Positions 57,022-63,331 of a stretch of 63,331 nucleotides of DNA are shown one piece after another. Location of the stretch: NCBI GenBank assembly GCA_964373575.1, contig CAYJVB010000002.1:1-63331 (forward strand), given 5' to 3'. The notes under the pieces are model-generated. The model was not told the DNA's origin, did no database searches, and saw only the letters and a program-made list of their open reading frames with translations. The DNA comes from an uncultured archaeon. Lineage in GTDB: Archaea; Aenigmatarchaeota; Aenigmatarchaeia; CG10238-14. The stretch's first letter is position 1. Every line of letters begins with the position of its first letter. The translations under genes and the position numbers were made by a program.

Positions 57022-57891
57022 TTATGTTATTTCTGCTCCAAGAACTTTGATGTTAGAAACACTGCTTACCCAGTATGTGTAAGACAACTCTATTGAAATT
57101 GGAACTTGTTCCCATCCACGATCAACCACACCACCTATATCTACAGTACATCTTAATTGTCTACTTTTTCCCTCTGCTAATCTGACTCTTCCGCCTGTAG
57201 TACCAGTACATTGCAAGTCTCTACCTGCACTCCTTAGAATTATACCTATTTCATCATTTTCAGGCTTTCCGCTGCCAACATTCTGAATATCCACTATGAT
57301 GGACATTGTATCTGATGCTTGATCTAATATTTTTGATCTTGTTACAATGGTAACACTTATTGGTCCTGAACTTGGAACAGATGTGGTAACACCAAGCTTG
57401 TCTCTTTCTGCCTGTTTTTGTTCCGTTGGAAAACTATCAATATAAGCGCGTGTTGCAACTCTTAACAAGTTTTCAGAAAATGTCTGATAGTTGAAAAACA
57501 CTCTTAATTCCATGTCATAATCTAGTGGGACTTTTTTTGCTGATGGCGGTGTTAAAAACCAAACTAGTTCCTCTGAATCCCCTTGTAACTTTCTACTTGG
57601 GTCTGGTGGTAGCAAGTCGCGGACAGTAACTACTCTTCCAGGATCAATTCTCCATTCATCAGTCAGGCCTAAGAGCTGGGCATTGATACCTGTTGCTTTT
57701 GATCCTCCAGTATTTTCTATTAAAGCAGTCAGAGATACGTCGTCAGTTGGTTCAATTTCGTTAAGTTCGGGACCAAAACTTTTGATTATAATCGCATTTG
57801 AAGATCCTCCTTGATTACTACTTGTACAACCAGCTACAAACACTACTGTAAAGACAAGCATGAGTAAGAAAAAATTATTTTTAGTTTTCAT
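57022..57891 (-). CDS. secreted lipobox-containing protein with two beta-rich (CARDB-like) domains
   Basis: Signal peptide MKTKNNFFLLMLVFTVVFVAGC with a VAGC lipobox, a Ser/Gly linker, then repeated beta-strand domains. Confidence 0.6.
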   Translation of the reverse strand: MKTKNNFFLLMLVFTVVFVAGCTSSNQGGSSNAIIIKSFGPELNEIEPTDDVSLTALIENTGGSKATGINAQLLGLTDEWRIDPGRVVTVRDLLPPDPSRKLQGDSEELVWFLTPPSAKKVPLDYDMELRVFFNYQTFSENLLRVATRAYIDSFPTEQKQAERDKLGVTTSVPSSGPISVTIVTRSKILDQASDTMSIIVDIQNVGSGKPENDEIGIILRSAGRDLQCTGTTGGRVRLAEGKSRQLRCTVDIGGVVDRGWEQVPISIELSYTYWVSSVSNIKVLGAEIT

Positions 57892-57910
57892 ACTATATTT
57901 AATTGATTAA

Positions 57911-58552
57911 TTAGCTTATTAAATTTTTCCTCAAAGGTTTTGTCTTATATACCAGAAATAATGCGAAAATCGTTTCTATTGTACTTAAGAGAAGAATAAT
58001 TTTAGCCGTGTTTGTCCAGAATTTTAATGGGAATAACTGAATTAGTGTATCTGATGGCGAGAATAACCACGAATTTTCAGGAAAAAATATTTCGTGGAAC
58101 TTTATAAATAAAAAACTGAAATCGAGTAACCCAAATAATGCGATTAAAGATATTATGCCGATCGTCAAAAATAAACCTGAATAGTAATATTTTTTGATGG
58201 AATTTATTGAAATTTTTTCATTGAATAAAACAAAAGTTGAAAGAACTACTAAAACAGAGGCTAGGTATTGTAGTCTCATAGCATTAAGTGTTAAATTTTT
58301 TACATCGTTCAAGTGGTTAATTTCCTTTTTTGTTAATGTATCTGAATTTAGATTTTTTATGTTATTTTTATCTCTAACGTATTCTGTGATATTTTCTGCT
58401 AGAATTAAATTTTCTTTATCATGGTCATTTCTTATTGCAGAATTAAGTCTGATGAATTCTTTTGTGACTAGGAAATGTAAATTTAACAGTAATATGGCTA
58501 TAGGTATTGAAATAATCAAAATAATTTTTATTAGATTTAACCAATTTTTCAT
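57911..58552 (-). CDS. DUF1461/TIGR01906-like integral membrane protein (Lit-like)
   Basis: N-terminal TM, an extracytoplasmic region with HLNDVKNL, three further TMs, and FHEIFFPENSWLFSPSDTLIQLFPLKFW. Recognised from memory of the family pattern. Confidence 0.45.
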   Translation of the reverse strand: MKNWLNLIKIILIISIPIAILLLNLHFLVTKEFIRLNSAIRNDHDKENLILAENITEYVRDKNNIKNLNSDTLTKKEINHLNDVKNLTLNAMRLQYLASVLVVLSTFVLFNEKISINSIKKYYYSGLFLTIGIISLIALFGLLDFSFLFIKFHEIFFPENSWLFSPSDTLIQLFPLKFWTNTAKIILLLSTIETIFALFLVYKTKPLRKNLIS

Positions 58553-58583
58553 GAATTAATAATAGTTTTCTTAATATTTCTTC

Positions 58584-59360
58584 ATGAGTTTTCAACAGAT
58601 TGTTGATACCTATTTTATCAGGCCATTTAACATAGGTCGCGGCTATAACGTCTTGAACACAAGCCTAATGGCATTTCTTTTTATCGCTTTAGCATATGGA
58701 ACATTCTATGTTTTAAGGAGATTAAAGATCAAGATTAATAGAAATTTTGTTACCAGTTTTATACCACTAATACTTTTTGGTATTTCAGTGCGGGTTTTTG
58801 AGGATGCAGGTATATTGAGTGGCTTTTGGTTTATTACGCCGGGAATATGGATTCTGTTCTTCGCTATTATATTTTCAACACTTTTAGTTTCAATCTATAT
58901 ACAGAAAAAAATTAATTTTCCATATTACAAAACTATGTTTATAACGGGTTTAGTTTTATTCATACCTACACTTTTCGCTATACAACTGAAAAATGTTCAA
59001 GGAGTAATATATATACTGTTGTTTTTTTTACCTATAGCTTTTATACTAAAATTTGTTAAATGGTCTACTGAAAACAAGGTTGTCACAGCAATACACGCAT
59101 TTGATGCAGTTGCAACATTTGTTTCTATAGAATTTTTTAATTACAGGGAACAACATGTACTTCCAAACTTTGTCATTAATCTTACCGGAACTGCATTTTC
59201 TTTTATAATTCTGAAATTAGTCGTTATCGTTTCTGTTCTTTTCCTGTTAGACAAGTATGGCGATGATATTGAGTTCAAAAATTTCATGAAATTTTGTATA
59301 GGCATGTTGGGTTTTGTTCCAGGAGTCAGAGACACATTTCGTTTAATTTGGTTTGTTTAG
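58584..59360 (+). CDS. multi-pass membrane protein (possibly DUF63 family)
   Basis: 258 aa with about 7 TM helices and N-terminal YFIRPFNIGRGYNVLNT. The family call is tentative. Confidence 0.4.
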   Translation: MSFQQIVDTYFIRPFNIGRGYNVLNTSLMAFLFIALAYGTFYVLRRLKIKINRNFVTSFIPLILFGISVRVFEDAGILSGFWFITPGIWILFFAIIFSTLLVSIYIQKKINFPYYKTMFITGLVLFIPTLFAIQLKNVQGVIYILLFFLPIAFILKFVKWSTENKVVTAIHAFDAVATFVSIEFFNYREQHVLPNFVINLTGTAFSFIILKLVVIVSVLFLLDKYGDDIEFKNFMKFCIGMLGFVPGVRDTFRLIWFV

Positions 59361-60532
59361 GTAATAAATTCTAGATTACTTAATGTATAACCGCCATTGC
59401 CTACTGCTTCAAATACTACAGAATTTGTTCCCGATCTTACATCACTATCATCGAATGTAATTATTTTTGTCTGTAATTGTGCAACACTACTTAGAGTTGC
59501 AATATCATGTGTAACCCCAGTAGGATTGGTTATTTTTATTTTCAATTCTCCCAGGTTATTAGAATCCACAACAAAGAACTTTATAGCTCCTCTGTTGACT
59601 CCTTGTAACTTTCCAATGTCAGAGTCTGATAACACAAGGTTAAATGTCCTGGTTTTTCTAGTTTCAGATTCATGTGTTACTAATAATTCAGCATTCTGTA
59701 TTTCATAATTTGTTCCAGTTTCAGTAGAAAAGATAATTGAATTTGTGTCTGTTGCTAAGCCAACATCAAATGCATCGAAGCTTTGAGTGAAAGTTCCTGA
59801 TGGTATACCTTTGAAGACAAGTCTATTGTTTATTCTTATTATAAGGTCACCGGTTCCTTCTCTATTTCTAATAGTGAATGTCACCTCCCCCATTTTGAAA
59901 TTTTCAAGTTCCGGTTTTTGTAACAAAAAGCTTTGAGTTTTATCCGATTTCCCAAATAAATTAATTCCAAACTTTGCTTTTTCAATCTTGAAATAACTTG
60001 TCGACCAGAATTTCAGACCAGGACCATCCGAACTGATTTCAACAACATTAAAATTCTTCAAAAAACTCTTATCTATTGGAATATCTATTTGGCCGGTAGT
60101 AGCTTTTTGGTTGAAGATAACATTGTTATTTACTTTTACTACTAAATTTCCCAAGGAATTTGTATCCAAAACATCAAGTGTCAGAAAACCACTTGTTACT
60201 AAATCTAAGTTTTCCTCTATTCTACCTGAGAACTTAAAGTCCTGTGTTGTAAAAAGACCTTTTTTGATTTCGAAATCATTTTCTTCAGCAAGAATATTGG
60301 GTCCTACAGTGAAACTGACAGAAAAATCACCAATCCTAATTAGTTTTGAAACTTCCTGCGATACAATACCCACTGAAAACTCTCCTGTTATTTCAGTTAC
60401 ATTCTGAGTTCCATTTTGTTGTCCACTAGGAGGTGTTGTTCCAAAAGCGAATAATAGTACAGTTATTATTAACAAACCGCCGAAAAGAACCCAAACGTAC
60501 TCATCAATTTTTCCTTGACCTTTTTGTTTCAT
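59357..60532 (-). CDS. N-terminally anchored surface protein with three tandem ~100-aa beta-rich repeats
   Basis: TM anchor (VWVLFGGLLIITVLLFAFG), a T/P/Q/N linker, then three modules sharing x-F-x-V-x-D/N-x-N-x-L-G-x-L-x-I/V-K/R-I/V-N-N ... N-x-I/V-x-F ... Y-x-I/L-x-N-x-E. Probable ATG at 60532; the track TTG is at 60556. Confidence 0.6.
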   Translation of the reverse strand: MKQKGQGKIDEYVWVLFGGLLIITVLLFAFGTTPPSGQQNGTQNVTEITGEFSVGIVSQEVSKLIRIGDFSVSFTVGPNILAEENDFEIKKGLFTTQDFKFSGRIEENLDLVTSGFLTLDVLDTNSLGNLVVKVNNNVIFNQKATTGQIDIPIDKSFLKNFNVVEISSDGPGLKFWSTSYFKIEKAKFGINLFGKSDKTQSFLLQKPELENFKMGEVTFTIRNREGTGDLIIRINNRLVFKGIPSGTFTQSFDAFDVGLATDTNSIIFSTETGTNYEIQNAELLVTHESETRKTRTFNLVLSDSDIGKLQGVNRGAIKFFVVDSNNLGELKIKITNPTGVTHDIATLSSVAQLQTKIITFDDSDVRSGTNSVVFEAVGNGGYTLSNLEFIT

Positions 60533-60607
60533 GTTAAAAAATTTATTGATTTTCAAACTAATATGTTTTACTTATACTCTAATTGAGAACTATTTTATGG
60601 CGCTGTT

Positions 60608-61642
60608 ATGAGATTACTTAAAACTAACTTGAAAAAAGGAATTGTCAAGCTTCAGGTAGATATTGACGATGACTTGTGGTATCTGAAGAATATAATAGAA
60701 CCAGGAGATTTAGTTAAAGCGAGGACTTTGAGAAGCCAGTTTCTTTACAGAGAGGATAAGAAAGAGAAAGTTGGTAAAAAACCCATGGTTCTTGAGATTG
60801 GAGTAGAAAAAATTGAATTTCAACGACATGTATTTCAGCTAAGATTTAGTGGAAAGATTGTTGCTGGTCCGGACGAGACTGAGCTGAGCTCATATCACAC
60901 TATTGGGGTTGAACTTGGTAGTACTATTATTATAACAAAAAAAGAATGGCCAAGATATCTGTTGCAGAAATTAAAAAAAGCTGAAACTAGAGTTCCGAAC
61001 ATATTGATTGCCGTTATGGATTATGACGAAGTAACTTTTGGTATGTTGAGAAGAGGGTTATTAGAAGTTGTATCTAGTTTTTCTAATCAACATTCGATAC
61101 AGGAAGAAGATAAACTAATAGAATATTATAAGAAAATTGCAGCTGAGATTGAAAAATTATCAGAAAATGTTCAGAATGTTATAGTTGCTGGGCCTGGTTT
61201 TGTGAAAGAACACGTTACTAATATTTTGAAAGACAGAGATAGCACATTGTTTAAGAAAATTAAAAATGATTCTACAACATCAGCGACTAAGGCGGGACTT
61301 ATTGAGATATTAAGAAGAGGGATGTTAGGAAAGATAATAAAGGATAGTGAAGTTGTTAATGAAAGCAGTTTAATTGAGAAATTTTTCACTCATTTGAAGA
61401 AAGAGGATGGTTTGGCTGTATACAAATTAGGTGCTGTTAAAACCGCTGAGGAGTCAAGTGCTGTAGAAACATTACTTGTATCCGAGGAAAAAATTAAGGA
61501 TAAGGAGATAGAGCAGGTGGCAAGAAATGTTGAGAAGAAGGCTGGAGAAGTTTTTATTATATCTCCTGAACATGATTTAGGTGAGCAGTTTCATAGGTTT
61601 GGTGGGTTAGGAGCGATATTGCGGTTTAAATTGTTTTACTGA
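60608..61642 (+). CDS. pelA: mRNA surveillance protein Pelota (aPelota/Dom34)
   Basis: Three-domain eRF1-like layout: N-terminal LKTNLKKGIVKLQVDIDDDLWYLKNII, central AGPGFVKE, and C-terminal GGLGAILRF. Confidence 0.9.
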   Translation: MRLLKTNLKKGIVKLQVDIDDDLWYLKNIIEPGDLVKARTLRSQFLYREDKKEKVGKKPMVLEIGVEKIEFQRHVFQLRFSGKIVAGPDETELSSYHTIGVELGSTIIITKKEWPRYLLQKLKKAETRVPNILIAVMDYDEVTFGMLRRGLLEVVSSFSNQHSIQEEDKLIEYYKKIAAEIEKLSENVQNVIVAGPGFVKEHVTNILKDRDSTLFKKIKNDSTTSATKAGLIEILRRGMLGKIIKDSEVVNESSLIEKFFTHLKKEDGLAVYKLGAVKTAEESSAVETLLVSEEKIKDKEIEQVARNVEKKAGEVFIISPEHDLGEQFHRFGGLGAILRFKLFY

Positions 61643-61709
61643 AGGAAAAGAAGAATTTTCTATTTCTGATACAATTCAACATTTAATCTTATTTTCCTAA
61701 ATTCTACAT

Positions 61710-62089
61710 ATGACTTCGGCAGATGATAGGCTTGCGGAATTAAAGGCTATTGAAGATGGAATTCTTTCAAAACTTGGTCTATCTCTCACAGGACCAATAA
61801 AAGTTACATATAAGGCCAGAAGATAATCTTGATCCAACAGATAGAGGTCTTGATACGGGTTACATGGAAGTGATTGTTGATGGTGGCGTTGGTGCAATAA
61901 AAACTGAAATTCCACTGACTCATTATCTAATGAGTGTTGACGTGCACGTTGGATTCCGTTGTATATCTTGATTTAGAGTCAAGAACAATGGAAGTTGGTA
62001 GTGATTATGAGAGCGTACTCTCAGCTGTAGCCAAGAGAAATTTGAGAGAAATTGCTCGTTCACATGGATACGAATTCGCATTTACCTAA
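61710..62089 (+). pseudogene. possible decayed gene: three same-strand ORF fragments in frames 0/+1/+2
   Basis: Fragment 1, 61710-61826: MTSADDRLAELKAIEDGILSKLGLSLTGPIKVTYKARR*. Fragment 2, 61801-61971: ...PEDNLDPTDRGLDTGYMEVIVDGGVGAIKTEIPLTHYLMSVDVHVGF...*. Fragment 3, 61934-62089: ...MEVGSDYESVLSAVAKRNLREIARSHGYEFAFT*. No family recognised. Confidence 0.25.
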
Positions 62090-62634
62090 GGTGTAAATCT
62101 TGTAATTGTGTAATAGGTGACGTCATTCTCTGAATCAACGACAGCCCAAACCATTTTTGCTCTAATATTCTGCGCCAGTCTTGTAGCTCTAGATAATTCA
62201 GGATAAGAGAATCTATCTTCTTCATTGATCGCATGGACAACAAATTTCGTATGCTCATGTGCCGCCTTAGGACCTCTTTTCAATTTTACGCCTCTTTCAT
62301 ACACTCTGAAGTGAGCACCAAACTTAAATCCTGTCTTGACCAAATAACCCCTTTCTCGAAGATCAGAATATACCACAAATTTCTGATGGAACTCTGGCTC
62401 TTTTTCTATTGCATATCTGTAAAAATCATCAAACTTCCAAGATTTTTTCTTCTTTTCGTTTAAACTGAAAATATTTAACTTGTCTTTTTTCAAAAGAAAT
62501 GCAGCTTCAATTAAAGCTAACTCAAGTCTATCATCTAAGGGTTTTCCGTATCCGTTTTCATCGTAAAGATCAAGCCCTTCTTTACCGTAAATAATTACCC
62601 TATTATCAATCAGTTCTCCTTCTAACATAAACAA
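62086..62634 (-). CDS. endA: tRNA-splicing (intron) endonuclease EndA
   Basis: 182 aa, homotetramer-type length. YSDLRERGYLVKTGFKFGAHFRVYE and HTKFVVHA motifs. Confidence 0.85.
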   Translation of the reverse strand: MFMLEGELIDNRVIIYGKEGLDLYDENGYGKPLDDRLELALIEAAFLLKKDKLNIFSLNEKKKKSWKFDDFYRYAIEKEPEFHQKFVVYSDLRERGYLVKTGFKFGAHFRVYERGVKLKRGPKAAHEHTKFVVHAINEEDRFSYPELSRATRLAQNIRAKMVWAVVDSENDVTYYTITRFTP

Positions 62635-62650
62635 ACAAGTAATAATTAGG

Positions 62651-63127
62651 TTATTTAAGCTTTATTTTGTTTCTCTGGTGGATAATAGATTGATAAGATT
62701 TTTCTTTAATGAATGATTCTATATCTTTCTTAATCCCTTTATGATGTAGTAATTCTAATGCCTCTATAGGAGACAACCATTTATAATCTGTGTGTTCATC
62801 TGATAATCTTATTTTTTTCGAAGAACTTTTACACCAATAGATAATTCCTACTAGTTCATTATCTGGCGATTTTTTTCCTCTGAATACGTGAAATATATTT
62901 ATTGGTTTGACTATTTTAATTTTGAGACCTGTTTCTTCTTTTACTTCTCGTTTTAATGCAATTTCTGGTTCTTCTAATTGCTTCATTCTACCATTTACTT
63001 CTTCCCAAATACCACCCTGAAAATCTACTTTTAAACTTCGTTTTAGTAAAAGAATCTTGCCACTAGATATATGTTCAATGATCGCACCAACAGCAATCAT
63101 AAATCTTCCTTCATTCTTATTCCCCAT
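62651..63127 (-). CDS. Nudix hydrolase (canonical Nudix box)
   Basis: GGIWEEVNGRMKQLEEPEIALKREVKEETGL matches Gx5Ex7REUxEExGU. Confidence 0.85.
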   Translation of the reverse strand: MGNKNEGRFMIAVGAIIEHISSGKILLLKRSLKVDFQGGIWEEVNGRMKQLEEPEIALKREVKEETGLKIKIVKPINIFHVFRGKKSPDNELVGIIYWCKSSSKKIRLSDEHTDYKWLSPIEALELLHHKGIKKDIESFIKEKSYQSIIHQRNKIKLK

Positions 63128-63181
63128 ATTACATCTATTCTTTTGAAATTTATTTTAGTTTAACCAACTAAATATCATTTA

Positions 63182-63331
63182 ATGAAAGAGAAAATGGATA
63201 AATTCTGGCGATCTGTTTTCATACTTCTGCTGATTTGGTCAATTTATCATTTGATTAGAGATATATTCACAGATATTCTTGGGCTACATAACTTCATTGT
63301 AGATTTTGGTCATAGAAACTATCCTGAAATA
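63182..63331 (+). CDS. partial ORF, small membrane protein N-terminus (runs off the right edge)
   Basis: MKEKMDKFWRSVFILLLIWSIYHLIRDIF... is open to the window end. Only 50 codons are visible. Confidence 0.3.
   Translation, partial: MKEKMDKFWRSVFILLLIWSIYHLIRDIFTDILGLHNFIVDFGHRNYPEI

Noticed and set aside
61697-61915. 72-aa minus-strand ORF in the pelota-endA gap.
   Set aside because: It is antisense to the more protein-like plus-strand fragments. It is His/Gln/Leu-rich with no motif, no SD and no sensible context.
1-63331. Looked for CRISPR arrays, rRNA and tRNA genes, and transposase/integrase/IS elements across the window.
   Set aside because: I saw no regularly spaced direct repeats, no rRNA-like conserved blocks, no convincing tRNA T-arm/acceptor pattern in the short intergenic regions, and no transposase or integrase-like ORFs. 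A tRNAscan/Infernal run would be needed to be certain about small RNAs.

Overview
AT-rich, densely packed archaeal chromosome segment. Archaeal markers are AglB/STT3, an HMf-type histone, RadA, NAC, aPelota, the tRNA-splicing endonuclease EndA and an endonuclease Q-like protein. Shine-Dalgarno-like GGTG/GGAGGT motifs precede many starts. The lineage cannot be fixed from sequence alone; a small-genome DPANN-like or methanogen-like euryarchaeote is only a guess.

Positions ~1.6-49.4 kb form one very large protein-glycosylation / nucleotide-sugar island:
- Core machinery: AglH-like GlcNAc-1-P transferase, a split Alg14/Alg13-like pair, AglB and a Wzx-like flippase.
- Transferases: about 14 GT2/GT4 glycosyltransferases and three PMT/ArnT-like GT-C membrane proteins.
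- Sugar modification: five SDR epimerase/reductases plus two RmlD-like enzymes, an RmlC-like cupin, an RfbH/E1-type 3-dehydrase and three TylC3-like sugar C-methyltransferases (one fused to a Gfo/Idh/MocA oxidoreductase on a higher-G+C patch).
- Other enzymes: several other SAM methyltransferases, a B12-radical SAM enzyme, an AsnB-like amidotransferase and an HxHxQ-type HIT protein.
- Uncharacterised: three divergent Nudix-like ORFans, and two paralogous ribbon-helix-helix + degenerate nucleotidyltransferase fusions that look like regulators.

The right ~14 kb carries information-processing and envelope genes:
- Histone, RPA-like protein and RadA interrupted by a 498-aa LAGLIDADG intein.
- HAD hydrolase, EndoQ-like protein, pelota, EndA and a canonical Nudix.
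- A lipobox protein next to a DUF1461/Lit-like membrane protein, and a triple-repeat surface protein.

Three gene disruptions are visible (a frameshift, an in-frame TAG and a multi-frameshift remnant). Two genes appear to need ATT start codons. I recognised no rRNA, tRNA, CRISPR array, transposase or integrase by eye.
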